Of a DNA stretch of 49,435 bases, positions 1-10,436 are shown piece after piece (position 1 is the first letter of the stretch; every line of letters begins with the position of its first letter). The position numbers and the translations under genes are program-made. Location: NCBI GenBank assembly GCA_031409655.1, contig JANNXQ010000009.1:1-49435 (forward strand), in the 5' to 3' direction. This DNA comes from Chthoniobacteraceae bacterium (lineage in GTDB: Bacteria; Verrucomicrobiota; Verrucomicrobiia; Chthoniobacterales; Chthoniobacteraceae). Below the pieces are notes generated by a model that was given only the letters and a program-made list of their open reading frames with translations, was not told the DNA's origin and searched no databases.

Positions 1-272
1 ACCGACCGCCAAGAACATCAACCACCGCTCAGCACCGCGCAAAAGACCCAAAATCGCGACCAGCCATCATTGAAAAACCGCCGCCCTCGCACCGCAGAAC
101 GGGCCATTTGCGCCGTTCGAGTTAATCAGCGGTTCCCTAACTCCTGGATCATGGAGAAATCGCCGGACCGGCACCACACGGATGTTGTGCGTCCATCACC
201 GGATCGTGGGCTCCGGCAGCCGCCCTCCGCAGAGGTTGCGAAAGTCACGCGCTTTGAAAAGGATCACGGCGT

Positions 273-1334
273 TTGAATTCCACCGCGCAGTTTTCCGCCA
301 GCAAGAGTCCCGGCATCGTTGGGAAAATTTTTGCGACGTTGTTTTTCGGCGTCTTCCTTGGGATGGGCTGTTTCTTCACTCTGCTGATCGGGCGTTCCGT
401 CTGGAGGGTGCTGGAGACTTATCGCTGGACGCAGGCGGATGCCCAGATCGTCACGAGCAGTGCCCGGCAGAGGCCGGATGCGGGCGCCCCGGGTTATGAG
501 TTTGCGGTCGAGTATCGCTACGACTCCGGGCGGGACTGGCTCACGGGCACGCGCTGGTCCACGAAGGAGCCGACCTTTGAGCGCTTCGACGAGGCGCAGC
601 GGATCGCGGAGCGCTTCCGGCCCGGAGCGCGGGTGCCCTGCTGGCGGGATCCGCACGACGGTCAGGCGGCAGTGCTCGAACGGCAGAGTCCACTCGTCGG
701 CTTCGTGGTGCTCTTTCCGCTGATCTTCGTGGCCGTGGGCGCGGGCGGGATCTGGGCGGTCTGGAAAAAGGGAGCACCAGGAGTGCGGACGAAGGAGAAG
801 CCAGGGTCTGAGCGAGCAAAGGCGAACCAGACTGGTGCTGGCTGCCTGCGGCTTTTCTTCCTCCTCTTTTTCGTCGCGGGCGCCGCCGCCCTCTGGGCGA
901 TGACCCTGGGGCCTTTGTTGAAGATCGCCGCTGCCCGCTCGTGGGAGGCGACGCCATGCCGCATCGTTTCGAGCCGGGTCGCGGCGAATAACGACAGCGA
1001 TGGCAGCACCTATCGCGTGGATATTCTCTACGCCTACACCTTCGCCGGAATGCCGCGCCATTCGAGCCGTTACGATTTTTCGCCGGGCTCCTCGAGTGGC
1101 TACGCGACAAAGGCGGCGATCGTGGGCAAGTATCCAGTCGGCGTCCAAACAACCTGCTATGTGAATCCGCGCGCCCCGTGGGAAGCGGTGCTCCGGCGGG
1201 AACCCTTCAAGGCGCTGTGGTTTGGCGCGATCGGGATGGTCTTTCTGGGCGTGGGTGCGCTGGGCGCTTGCCATGCTGGACGTCTCACCGGCGGCCCCGG
1301 GAGGCCAGGGGTGGCGAGGGCAGCGGATGGATAA
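273..1334 (+). CDS. DUF3592-domain membrane protein (two TM + DUF3592 units), possibly C-terminally truncated
   Basis: Two repeats of TM helix followed by W..(A/T)...I..S, Y.Y and (V/C)..(D/N)P..P..AVL motifs; TTG start; low-complexity tail. Confidence 0.75.
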   Translation: MNSTAQFSASKSPGIVGKIFATLFFGVFLGMGCFFTLLIGRSVWRVLETYRWTQADAQIVTSSARQRPDAGAPGYEFAVEYRYDSGRDWLTGTRWSTKEPTFERFDEAQRIAERFRPGARVPCWRDPHDGQAAVLERQSPLVGFVVLFPLIFVAVGAGGIWAVWKKGAPGVRTKEKPGSERAKANQTGAGCLRLFFLLFFVAGAAALWAMTLGPLLKIAAARSWEATPCRIVSSRVAANNDSDGSTYRVDILYAYTFAGMPRHSSRYDFSPGSSSGYATKAAIVGKYPVGVQTTCYVNPRAPWEAVLRREPFKALWFGAIGMVFLGVGALGACHAGRLTGGPGRPGVARAADG

Positions 1335-1365
1335 AGAAGATGCGGATGAAGAGAATGAGAAAACA

Positions 1366-1740
1366 TTGCTCCTTCAACTGCACCTCGGCCCGCGCGGAAA
1401 TCGCACTTCTCTTTTCCCGGCGAAGAACTCGTTGGTGCCGCGCTTCGGGAACTCGACGCACTGCCGCAGTGAGCTGAGGTGCGGCTCGTCTGGAGCACGA
1501 AGGGCAAGGGCGCGGAGGACGCGAACGGCGCGGCGACGATCGCCTTCGATACTCCGCAAGCCGAAGATACGCTACCCTTTACGCTGCGGCTGCCAGCAGC
1601 GACCTCCAGCTTTTCCGGCCAGCTCCTCTCGCGCGGCTGGGTCGAGGAACTCGTGCGGCAACCGGGCCGCCAAGGTGCGCGCACGGAAATCGTCATCGCT
1701 CCCGACAGCGTCAAAGTGCTCCTGCCGCGCCACAATACTG
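1366..1740 (+). pseudogene. Decayed small hypothetical gene of the type often found after DUF3592 genes
   Basis: LQLHLGPRGNRTS, frameshift near 1411-1415, then FPGEELVGAALRELDALPQ, in-frame TGA at 1470-1472, then AEVRLVWSTKGKG...PFTLRLPAATSSFSGQLLS; reads through into the ATPase frame. Confidence 0.5.
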
Positions 1741-1799
1741 AGCGTGCAGGACATTCCCCTTTGTGGGACGGCAACGAACGTGCTACTCCCGTGTCCGTA

Positions 1800-2396
1800 A
1801 TGGACCTACAGCCGTCTGAACCAGCCAGCGTCCTGGCGCGTGACAATCCCTTTTGCTCTGGAGCCGTCGAAAATCTGGAATTTCGCCTCCCCAGCGGACT
1901 GCATTGGGACGCCCTCGTGGCGAAGTTGGCGAATGCGAATTGGACCGGCGCGATCGTCGGCCCGCATGGTTCGGGGAAGACTTCGCTGATCGAGCAACTC
2001 GCCTTTCACCTGGAGGCGCAAGGTCTCAGGCCACGCATCTATCGCCTGAGTGCGGAGACCGGACAGGCGGACAAAGACTCGATGCTCGCCGCCGTCCGCG
2101 AGATGCGCGCGCCGGACATCCTGCTCCTCGATGGAGCGGAGCAACTTTCCACCCGCCAGTGGCTCCCTCTCCGCGTCGCTGTGGATTCGCTCGCGGGCTG
2201 TGTCGTCACCCTGCACCGCACCGGTCGCCTGCCCACTCTCCTCGAGACGGAGACCACGCCGCACCTGCTCGCCGAACTCATCGCCGACCTCACTGGCTGC
2301 GCCCTTCCACCTGGCGAGGCCGCCACGATCCATGCGCGGCATCGCGGCAATATGCGGGATTGCTTCCGCGAATTGTACGACCGCTGGGCGGGCTAG
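1800..2396 (+). CDS. P-loop NTPase (AAA-like) of unknown function
   Basis: Walker A GPHGSGKTS, Walker B LLLDGAE, N-terminal NPF motif; ATG 1800 inside the 1479-2396 ORF. Confidence 0.75.
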   Translation: MDLQPSEPASVLARDNPFCSGAVENLEFRLPSGLHWDALVAKLANANWTGAIVGPHGSGKTSLIEQLAFHLEAQGLRPRIYRLSAETGQADKDSMLAAVREMRAPDILLLDGAEQLSTRQWLPLRVAVDSLAGCVVTLHRTGRLPTLLETETTPHLLAELIADLTGCALPPGEAATIHARHRGNMRDCFRELYDRWAG

Positions 2397-2404
2397 TCGG
2401 CGTC

Positions 2405-2501
2405 GGAGGGACACGCTCCGTCGTGTCGCCAGATCAAATGGGTGGAGACTGCGCGGAGCCCACCGCCTCCTTCCCCAAAAAAGGACGGAGCGTGGCGCTC
2501 C
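2405..2501. repeat. REP-like inverted repeat doublet
   Basis: GGAGGGACACGCTCCGTC (2405-2422) and GACGGAGCGTGGCGCTCC (2484-2501) are reverse complements at 16/18 positions, directly after a stop codon. Confidence 0.55.
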
Positions 2502-2545
2502 AAATGACCAAGTCCAGTGGTCAGCAGACGAACGCCTTTCTTAAA

Positions 2546-2570
2546 CTTATTTAGAATTGGTCTTGATAAG
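2546..2570. promoter_or_regulatory. Putative Fur-family (PerR/Irr-type) operator upstream of the regulator-sufCBD operon
   Basis: AT-rich imperfect palindrome CTTAT-NN-AGA-N5-TCT-NN-ATAAG containing TTTAGAA, 31 bp before the ATG, in otherwise GC-rich DNA. Confidence 0.6.
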
Positions 2571-2601
2571 GAACTAGGCGGCTGTTTCATTTCTCTCGTC
2601 C

Positions 2602-3081
2602 ATGAAGCAGACCACACCACTCCCCAACTCGACCCCCGACGAGCACATTCACGGACGCGGGCTGCGCATGACCGAGCAGCGCCGCGCCGTGTATGACACG
2701 CTCATGGCCACGCGGGATCACCCCACAGCCGTCGAAGTTTTCATGCGGGTAAAAGCGGCTCGTCCGTCGATCTCACTCGCGACCGTTTACAACTGCCTGG
2801 AGACCCTCACGGAATGCGGTCTCGTGAAGTACGTCCACCACGACCGCGAGCCGTCGCGCTACTGCCCGAATCTCCAGGAGCACGCGCACTTCTTCTGCGA
2901 GAGCTGCGCCGGCGTCATGGACGTGCCGCTGCGCTCGAAACGCCGGCCGCAGGACATCTGGGATCTCCCGGAATCCGTATCCATCCGGCAACACGAGGTT
3001 TCATTCCGCGGCCTCTGCCCGAAATGCGCCACCAAGGCGGAAAGCAAAACCATCAAGCTCAAGGTCTCGCGCTCGAACTGA
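2602..3081 (+). CDS. Fur-family transcriptional regulator, PerR-like
   Basis: HPTA, SLATVYN, HxH and two CxxC motifs (CESC, CPKC). Confidence 0.9.
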   Translation: MKQTTPLPNSTPDEHIHGRGLRMTEQRRAVYDTLMATRDHPTAVEVFMRVKAARPSISLATVYNCLETLTECGLVKYVHHDREPSRYCPNLQEHAHFFCESCAGVMDVPLRSKRRPQDIWDLPESVSIRQHEVSFRGLCPKCATKAESKTIKLKVSRSN

Positions 3082-3105
3082 AAATTTTTAACCGCCCATT
3101 TTGAT

Positions 3106-3870
3106 ATGAACTCTCTCAGCATCCGCGACCTCCGCGTCAGCATCGGCGAAAAGGAAATCATCCGCGGCTTCTCCCTTGATATCCCCAAGGGCCAGGTCCA
3201 CGCCATCATGGGACCAAATGGCTCCGGCAAGAGCACACTCAGCAAAGCCATCGGCGGCCATCCCGACTACCCCGTGACTTCCGGCGACGTGCTGCTCGAT
3301 GGCGAGAGCATCCTCGGTCTCGGCCCCGACGCCCGCTCTCGGAAGGGCCTCTTCCTCGCCTTCCAATACCCGATGGAAATTCCCGGCGTGAGCAATGCAA
3401 ACTTTCTCCGCGCAGCCCTGCAGGCCCGGCTCCCCGAGGGAGAGGAAATCGAGGCCACGGAATTTTACGCCCATCTCTACCGCGAGATGGACAAGCTGGA
3501 AATCCCGCGCGCCTTCACCGCGCGCGCGGTCAATGAAGGCTTCTCGGGCGGCGAAAAGAAACGCAACGAAATCCTCCAGATGGCCATGCTCAAGCCGAAG
3601 TATGGCATTCTCGATGAGACCGACTCCGGCTTGGACATCGACGCTCTGAAAATCGTCGCCGCTGGCGTGAACGCACTGCGCGGTCCCGAACTCGGCGTGC
3701 TCCTAATCACCCACTATCAACGCCTGCTCGATTACATCGTGCCCGACGTGGTCCACGTGATGATGAATGGCCGCATCGTCCACTCCGGCACCAAGGATCT
3801 CGCTCTCGAACTCGAAGCCCGCGGTTACGACTGGATCAAAGATGACCTCGCCGTCTCCGCAGCCGCCTAA
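3106..3870 (+). CDS. sufC: Fe-S cluster assembly ATPase SufC
   Basis: [43 protein letters not shown]. Confidence 0.97.
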   Translation: MNSLSIRDLRVSIGEKEIIRGFSLDIPKGQVHAIMGPNGSGKSTLSKAIGGHPDYPVTSGDVLLDGESILGLGPDARSRKGLFLAFQYPMEIPGVSNANFLRAALQARLPEGEEIEATEFYAHLYREMDKLEIPRAFTARAVNEGFSGGEKKRNEILQMAMLKPKYGILDETDSGLDIDALKIVAAGVNALRGPELGVLLITHYQRLLDYIVPDVVHVMMNGRIVHSGTKDLALELEARGYDWIKDDLAVSAAA

Positions 3871-3876
3871 CGCACC

Positions 3877-5298
3877 ATGAATACTGAACTTCTCGAACCC
3901 AGCACCCAGATCGACATCGATCGCAGCATCGGTGATTTTTCTTATCCCGAGCAGCACCAATACGACGCCGGCACCGGACTCTCGCACGCCACCGTTGATT
4001 ACATCGCCGGAGTAAAAGGTGAGCCGGATTGGATCCGCGAGTTCCGCCACAAGGCGCTCGACACCTTCCTCGCCAAGCCCATGCCCACGCACTGGGCCTC
4101 GAAGGATCTCGAGGCGATCAACTTCGACAAAATCCGTTACTATCTCGCCAACGGTCAAAAGCCAACGCGGTCGTGGGATGAGGTTCCCGACGACGTCAAG
4201 CGCACCTTCGAGCGGCTCGGCATCCCGGAGCAGGAGCGCAAATTTCTCGCCGGCGTCGAAGCGCAGTTCGACTCCGAGGCCGTCTATTCCAACATCAAAG
4301 CAGCGGTCGGCGAGCAGGGCGTGATCTTCGTCGGCTCCACGGAAGGCCTGAAGGAACACCCGGAGATTTTCCGGAAGTGGTTCGGCAAAGTAATCCCAAC
4401 CGGTGACAATAAATTCAGCGCGCTCAACAGCGCCGTCTTCAGCGGTGGTTCCTTCATCTACGTGCCGCCGGGCGTGAAGGTGAAGCATCCGTTGCAGGCT
4501 TACTTCCGGATCAATGCGGAAAACTTCGGCCAGTTCGAGCGCACCCTCATTATCGCCGACGAAGGCTCCGAAGTGATGTACATGGAAGGCTGCACCGCTC
4601 CGAAGTTCGAGACCGCCACGCTGCACTCCGCCGTCGTTGAGTTAGTGGCGATGAAAGGGGCGAAGATCCAATACATCACCGTCCAGAACTGGTCTTCGAA
4701 CGTCTTCAACCTCGTGACCAAGCGCGCCATCGCGCACGAGGAAGCCGAGGTGAAGTGGATCGACTGCAACATCGGCTCGCGGCTCACCATGAAATATCCC
4801 GGCGTCGTGCTGAAGGGTCGCAAGGCCCGCGGCGAAGTCATCTCCATCGCGCTTGCCGGCGACGGCCAGCATCAGGACACCGGCGCGAAGATGATCCACG
4901 CGGCGGATGAAACGACTTCCAACGTGGTCTCGAAATCCATCTCCGTCGGCAAAGGCCGCTCGACTTATCGCGGCCTCGTCCACATTCCGAAACACCTCAA
5001 GGGCTGCAAGAACAACACCGAGTGCGACGCCTTGCTGATCAACTCCACGTCGCGCACCGACACTTATCCGGCGATCACCGCGCGCGGCACTGGCAACTCC
5101 TGCCAGCACGAAGCCAGCGTCTCGCAGATTTCCGCCGAGCAGATCTTCTACATGCAGCAGCGCGGCCTCACCGAAGCCCAGGCGATGAGCCTTTCCGTGA
5201 ACGGCTTTGTCAATGATCTCGTGCGCCAGTTTCCCATGGAATACAGCGTCGAACTCAAGCGGCTCATCGACATGGAAATGGAAGGGAGCGTCGGGTGA
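3877..5298 (+). CDS. sufB: Fe-S cluster assembly protein SufB
   Basis: [35 protein letters not shown] motifs. Confidence 0.97.
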   Translation: MNTELLEPSTQIDIDRSIGDFSYPEQHQYDAGTGLSHATVDYIAGVKGEPDWIREFRHKALDTFLAKPMPTHWASKDLEAINFDKIRYYLANGQKPTRSWDEVPDDVKRTFERLGIPEQERKFLAGVEAQFDSEAVYSNIKAAVGEQGVIFVGSTEGLKEHPEIFRKWFGKVIPTGDNKFSALNSAVFSGGSFIYVPPGVKVKHPLQAYFRINAENFGQFERTLIIADEGSEVMYMEGCTAPKFETATLHSAVVELVAMKGAKIQYITVQNWSSNVFNLVTKRAIAHEEAEVKWIDCNIGSRLTMKYPGVVLKGRKARGEVISIALAGDGQHQDTGAKMIHAADETTSNVVSKSISVGKGRSTYRGLVHIPKHLKGCKNNTECDALLINSTSRTDTYPAITARGTGNSCQHEASVSQISAEQIFYMQQRGLTEAQAMSLSVNGFVNDLVRQFPMEYSVELKRLIDMEMEGSVG

Positions 5299-6617
5299 CC
5301 ATGGGGAGCGCTGTTTTGGAAATCGAAGAATTGCCGGGCACCCAAAACCGACCCGCGGCGATCCTCGAGGCGGGAGCCGCGAACCCGGACCGGGCCGAAG
5401 CCTGGGAGCAGTTCAACAACTTCCCCGCGCCGAAGCGCACGGACGAAGCCTGGCGTTTCGCGAATCTCAAGCGGATCGATCTCGCACCGTTCACCCAGCC
5501 GCTGCCGGTTGCGGCTGACGCGCGCGCAGAATTGCTCACCCGTTCGCTCGGGCTCGACGCCATCGCGGGCCGAATGGTCTTCGCGAACGATCAACTTCTC
5601 GCCCGCGATCGCATCTCCGATTCCTTGAAGCAAAAGGGCGTGCTCTGGCTGCCGCTCGATCAAGCGGCGACGGAGCACCCGGATCTTTTCGCGAAGTATT
5701 TCATGCGCGAAAAAGCGATCCTGGGCGGCCAAAAGTTCGCCGCGCTCCATCGCTCCCAAGCACGAGCCGGCACTTTCCTCTACGTCCCTCGTGGCGTGGA
5801 GATCGATCTCCCGATTGAGGCCTTTCACTGGCTGCACGGATCCGGCGGCTCCTGCTTCCCGCACACCCTCATCGTCGCTGAAGAAATGTCGAAGGTGACG
5901 GTCATCGACTATTTCCGTAGCGCCGACGACTCCGCACCCGGCCTCGCCTGCGGCGTAAATGACCTCTGGCTCGGCGCCGGAGCGAATGTGACCTACGTCT
6001 GCGCTCAGGAATGGAACCGCGAGACCCTCGCCTTTCAGATGAACGCCACCGTAGTCGGCCGCGACGCCACGGCCAAAGCCTTGAGCCTGAATCTCGGCGG
6101 AATCTACGCCCGCAGCGAAAGCGTGAGCCATCTGCGCGGTCCCGGCGGACGCAGCGAAATGCTTGCCGTCACCGTGGCGCAAGGCAAGCAGGAGTTCGAT
6201 CAGCGCACCTTCCAGATCCACGAATCGCCGAACACCGCGAGCGACCTGCTCTACAAGAACTCGCTCGACGACCAGGCGCGCACGATTTTCTCCGGACTCA
6301 TCCGCGTCGATCCCGGCGCGCACAAGACCGATGCCTATCAAAAAGTGCGCAACCTCCTCCTCAGCGACGAAGCCGAGGCAAACAGCGCCCCCGGACTCGA
6401 GATCGAAGCCGACGACGTCCGCTGCACCCACGGCGCGACCAGCGGCCAAATCGACGCCGAGGAACTTTTCTACCTCCTCTCCCGCGGCATCACCACCCGC
6501 TCCGCGCAACGCCTCATCGTGCAAGGCTTCCTACAGGACGTCATCGACCGACTCCCTGACGAAGCCGTCCGGATGATGCTGGGCGCCCGCCTCGCGCAGA
6601 AATTCGCCGCACGATAG
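5295..6617 (+). CDS. sufD: Fe-S cluster assembly protein SufD
   Basis: [35 protein letters not shown] overlap with sufB (alternative ATG at 5301). Confidence 0.93.
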   Translation: MTMGSAVLEIEELPGTQNRPAAILEAGAANPDRAEAWEQFNNFPAPKRTDEAWRFANLKRIDLAPFTQPLPVAADARAELLTRSLGLDAIAGRMVFANDQLLARDRISDSLKQKGVLWLPLDQAATEHPDLFAKYFMREKAILGGQKFAALHRSQARAGTFLYVPRGVEIDLPIEAFHWLHGSGGSCFPHTLIVAEEMSKVTVIDYFRSADDSAPGLACGVNDLWLGAGANVTYVCAQEWNRETLAFQMNATVVGRDATAKALSLNLGGIYARSESVSHLRGPGGRSEMLAVTVAQGKQEFDQRTFQIHESPNTASDLLYKNSLDDQARTIFSGLIRVDPGAHKTDAYQKVRNLLLSDEAEANSAPGLEIEADDVRCTHGATSGQIDAEELFYLLSRGITTRSAQRLIVQGFLQDVIDRLPDEAVRMMLGARLAQKFAAR

Positions 6618-6688
6618 CCGCCGCCATGGCGCGAGCGGCGAAGCCAGCGCCACCACCGGATCACCCGTAAGTCGGCCTTTCCTCCGCT

Positions 6689-7489
6689 ATGCGCCTCAAA
6701 GACAAGGTGGTCATCGTCACCGGCAGCGCCACGGGCATCGGGCGAGCGATCGCGAAACGCTGTGTGGCGGAGGGCGCGCGGGTCGTTATCCACGGACTCG
6801 AGCGCAAGCTGGGTGAAGGCGTGGTCGCGGAACTCGGCGCGGACAAGGCCGTGCTGTACATCGAAGACCTCACGGCGGAAGGCTGTCCGCAGCGCCTCGT
6901 GCAGGTCGCGGTGGCCGCGTTTGGGCGGCTCGATGCGATCGTGAACAACGCCGCGCTGGTCGCCGCCTCGAACCTGCACACCACCGACCCCGCCTACTTC
7001 CGGCGCATGCTCGACATCAATACCGTCGCGCCCTTCGCCCTCATCCAGGCCGCGCTTCCGGAACTGCGCAAAGTGCGCGGCTGCGTGCTGAATATCGGCA
7101 GCGTGAATGCCTACAGCGGCGAGCCGAACCTCCTCCCTTACTCGGTGTCGAAAGGCGCGCTGATGACCCTCACCCGCAATCTCGGCGACACCCTGATGCG
7201 CGAGGACGGCGTGCGGGTGAACCAAATCAATCCCGGCTGGGTGCTCACGGAAAACGAAGCCCAGCGCAAACGCGACCACGGCCTCGCCGACGACTGGTAC
7301 AAGGACGTGCCAAAGATGTACGCCCCATCCGGCCGCATCCTCTGGCCCGAGGAGATCGCTGCCTGCGCCGCCTGGCTGCTCGCGGAGGAATGCGGCCCGA
7401 TCAGCGGCCAGGTCATCGACCTCGAGCAACACCCCTTCATCGGCCGCAACCCGCCGAAAGACGCGACGACGATTCCCTCGCCGGACTAG
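6689..7489 (+). CDS. SDR family NAD(P)-dependent oxidoreductase
   Basis: TGSATGIG, NNAA, YSVSK, NPG motifs. Confidence 0.93.
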   Translation: MRLKDKVVIVTGSATGIGRAIAKRCVAEGARVVIHGLERKLGEGVVAELGADKAVLYIEDLTAEGCPQRLVQVAVAAFGRLDAIVNNAALVAASNLHTTDPAYFRRMLDINTVAPFALIQAALPELRKVRGCVLNIGSVNAYSGEPNLLPYSVSKGALMTLTRNLGDTLMREDGVRVNQINPGWVLTENEAQRKRDHGLADDWYKDVPKMYAPSGRILWPEEIAACAAWLLAEECGPISGQVIDLEQHPFIGRNPPKDATTIPSPD

Positions 7490-7715
7490 CAGACTGTGGG
7501 GACTTGGGCGTTGGAAGGTGCGCGCCGCCGCGGAGGTGGAGGGGCAAAGGGCATCGCCCTCGGTGGATGGCGCATTCGGCTGCGCCATGCGAACGCCCAT
7601 GGCCGGAAGCCATCTCGATGGATATGGGCGCTGGCTTGCGGAAGCTTTGCCATGGCGCTCGGAGCGCGCCATCCCCCCGCGTTGGGCCGCATTTCCACGA
7701 GTTGACAGATACGCC

Positions 7716-7937
7716 CTACTCATCGCCGCGCGTCGGATCGGTCGGGCCTGGTAGGCCGGGTGTCCGACCGCGGCGCGCTCGCGGTGCCGGTGGGTGCCCG
7801 GTCGTGCGGCGGGCTCGGGCGCGCGGCGCGGCAGGGAGAAGGGGGACGAGGAGCGACTCGTAGAGGCGGAAGAGATGTTCCACGCGCTCCCGGTCGGAGT
7901 GAAAGGCTTCGCGGCGGTAGCACCGCTCCAAGGCGCG
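7716..7937 (-). pseudogene. C-terminal remnant of an MmeI-like (Type IIL) restriction-methyltransferase
   Basis: [26 protein letters not shown] matches the characteristic MmeI-family C-terminus; same strand as the N-terminal remnant at 9260-10436. Confidence 0.75.
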
Positions 7938-8032
7938 GGAGGTGTTTTACACCGCCGCGCGCTGCGCGGGCGTGGGGGTGGCTCGTTTGTTCTGTGAATA
8001 GTTGCCCTATTCGCTATTTAGCTCAGAAATCC

Positions 8033-8482
8033 ATGGCGGATAACGAGCTTACGCAAACAGAGGCAGACGCATTGGTCGCCCTTCCAAAACGTCGGGTTGA
8101 CGAGACCGTTTATCTTTATCCGACCGGGGGCCAGGGGATCATCATTCCGCTGGTTTCTGAGGATGGACACGAATCCTTCCTCTTCGACCTTACGCGAGGG
8201 CGTATCAACTTGCTCAAAGTGACCTACCAGACGCGGAGCAGGCAAGTCGTTGTGCTCGCCCGTCTTGATCTTGGCGGCCCTCCTCATCGCAATCCAGACG
8301 ACGAGGAGATCGCTTGCCCGCATTTGCACATCTACCGCGAGGGGTATGGCGATAAATGGGCGATCCCTGTGCCAATAAACGCCTTCTCGAATCCGGACGA
8401 TGTGTGGCAGAGTCTTCAAGATTTTATGCGCTTTTGTCACGTCACCCAACCACCACAGATTGAGAGGGGACTCGGACTATGA
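8033..8482 (+). CDS. DUF6978-like protein (His-rich motif; prophage/defence-associated)
   Basis: [56 protein letters not shown] 8033; lower GC than flanks. Confidence 0.75.
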   Translation: MADNELTQTEADALVALPKRRVDETVYLYPTGGQGIIIPLVSEDGHESFLFDLTRGRINLLKVTYQTRSRQVVVLARLDLGGPPHRNPDDEEIACPHLHIYREGYGDKWAIPVPINAFSNPDDVWQSLQDFMRFCHVTQPPQIERGLGL

Positions 8483-9249
8483 CCGTCGATGAAGTTCGCG
8501 GACTGGTGGATCGGTATTCCGCTTGGTTGAAGGAGAAAACTCAGGTCAAACAGCTTGGCGATTGGGCCGAAATCACGACGCCCTATCTTGACCGTCATAA
8601 TGACTATTTGCAGATCTATGCGAAGCGCGACAACGGCGGATTTCTTCTAACGGACGGAGGGCACATCCTCAGCGACCTCAAGATCTCTGGGTGTCCGATC
8701 AACTCGCCGAAACGCGAGGCGCTACTTCGGACAACCGTAAACGGTTTCGGCGTGCAATGGAGGGACGATGACTCGTTGCAGGTCCATGCCGGCGATCAGA
8801 ACTTTCCCGTTCGAAAGCACAATCTCGTGCAAGCCATGCTCGCGGTGAATGACCTGTTTTTTCTGGCGTCACCGATCGTCGCCAGCCTCTTCTATGAGGA
8901 TGTGGTGGCTTGGCTCGAGCAGAGCGAAGTTCGCTATACCGAGAGTGCGAATTTCACGGGGCGGAGTGGCTACAATCATCACTTTGACTTTGTGATTCCG
9001 AAGTCTCGCGCTCAGCCCGAGCGAATTGTTGAAACGATCAACCGTCCAAGCAAAGAGACAGCGCAGGCGTTGGCCTTTGCTTGGATTGACACCAAGGAAG
9101 TGAGAAAGGCTGACACAAAGGTGTATGCGGTTCTCAATGATCAGGACGCTCAAGTGCCATCTGCGGCGATCGACGCTCTACGGAACTATGACGTGCGCGT
9201 TGTCCTGTGGTCCGACCGAGAAGAAGTGACGAGCGAACTCGCCGCCTGA
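8479..9249 (+). CDS. DUF1828/DUF1829-domain protein (restriction-endonuclease-like C-terminal fold)
   Basis: [53 protein letters not shown] overlap with the upstream gene. Confidence 0.8.
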   Translation: MTVDEVRGLVDRYSAWLKEKTQVKQLGDWAEITTPYLDRHNDYLQIYAKRDNGGFLLTDGGHILSDLKISGCPINSPKREALLRTTVNGFGVQWRDDDSLQVHAGDQNFPVRKHNLVQAMLAVNDLFFLASPIVASLFYEDVVAWLEQSEVRYTESANFTGRSGYNHHFDFVIPKSRAQPERIVETINRPSKETAQALAFAWIDTKEVRKADTKVYAVLNDQDAQVPSAAIDALRNYDVRVVLWSDREEVTSELAA

Positions 9250-9259
9250 GTGCTGCAAG

Positions 9260-10436
9260 GGAGGACGAGGAAATTGCCGCAGCCGCAGGCGGGGTCGAGG
9301 AACTGAAGGTGGCGGAGCTTTTCGTGGAAACGCTCCATGCCGGTGCTGCGGCGGCTGGACCGGTCGGCGAGCAAGCGCTGCCACTCCTCGCGCAGTTCAT
9401 CGAGGAAGAGGGAGCGGATGACCTTCATGATGTCGCGCTCGCTGGTGTAGTGGGCGCCCTGCTGGCGGCGGGCGCGATCTTCCATGATGCCCTGGAAGAG
9501 GGAGCCGAAGACGGCGGGGGAGATGCGCGCCCACTGGAAGTCGCAGCAGAAGAGGAGGGAATCGCTCATCGCCTTGCTGAAGACGGGGGTGCGGAGGCGC
9601 TCGGCGAAGAGCTGGCCATTCACGTAGGGGAAGGCAGCGAGGTCTTCATCGAGCCCGCTCTGCCGCTGGGCGGGCGCGGTATCGAGCACCTCGAGGAGAT
9701 GCTGGAGATGCTGGCCGAGATCGGAGCCATCGGCCCGGGTGTGGGTGCGGATGAAGGCGGTGAAGGTCTCGGGCTGGAAGATGCCGTTGTCTTCCGCGAA
9801 AAGGCAGAAGAGGAGGCGCACGAGGAGGCGCTCCAGCTCGTGCCCGGCGAAGCCGCCGGCCCGGAGCGCATCGTGCAGCTCGCACGTGCGCCCATAGGCT
9901 TTTTCGTTGGCTTCGTCCTCCGGCTTGTAGCGGACTTTCGTCTGCCCGAGCATGAAGGCGAAGTGGCGGACGTTCTTCGGGAAGTCGGCGAGGGTGAAGT
10001 GGTGGGGCTCGATCTGGCGGCCCTGGAAGAGCGGGAGGTCGAGTTGGTCCTCGGGCTCGAGATCGTAGAGGGCGAAGTGGCCGAAATCCGAGACGAGGAC
10101 GAAGCGGGGAATCTCGTCCCAGCGATCCTCGCGGGTGAGATCTTCTATGTAGGTGAAGGCCTAGGTGGCGGCGAGGCTGAGGTCTTCGCCGCGGCTTTTG
10201 TGTTCGACGATCAGCTTGCCCTTCCAGAGGAGGTCGATGGCGGAGGTGTTGCCCTTGAGGTTGCGCACGTTTTCCTCGAACGAGGCGATGGAGGCGCGGC
10301 GCAGACCGAAGACGTCGAAGAAGGCATTGTAGAAGGTCTGCTTGTGGGCGCGCTCGGAGGTGGCGCTGTGGTTTTGGGGATCGCGCGAGAAGCGGAGGGC
10401 GCGGTCGCGGATTTCATTTCAGGAGAGATGGGCCAT
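9260..10436 (-). pseudogene. N-terminal half of an MmeI-like (Type IIL) restriction-methyltransferase, inactivated
   Basis: One frame from ATG 10436: MAHLS*NEIRDRA (TGA 10419-10421), IDLLWKGKLIVEHKSRG, AAT*AFTY (TAG 10161-10163), RLLFCLFAED, FPYVNGQLF, GAHYTSE, FLDPACGCGNFL, after which similarity stops. Confidence 0.9.

Noticed and set aside
1..270. Short ORFs at the window start
   Set aside because: No recognisable motifs or consistent reading frame.
3106..6617. Missing sufS/sufE/sufU as a novelty
   Set aside because: Split suf loci are common, and these genes may lie elsewhere in the genome.
10161..10421. Stop-codon recoding (TGA read as Trp, TAG read as Gln) in the MmeI gene
   Set aside because: TGA and TAG end many intact genes here, both stops are single transitions from TGG/CAG, and the gene is truncated anyway.
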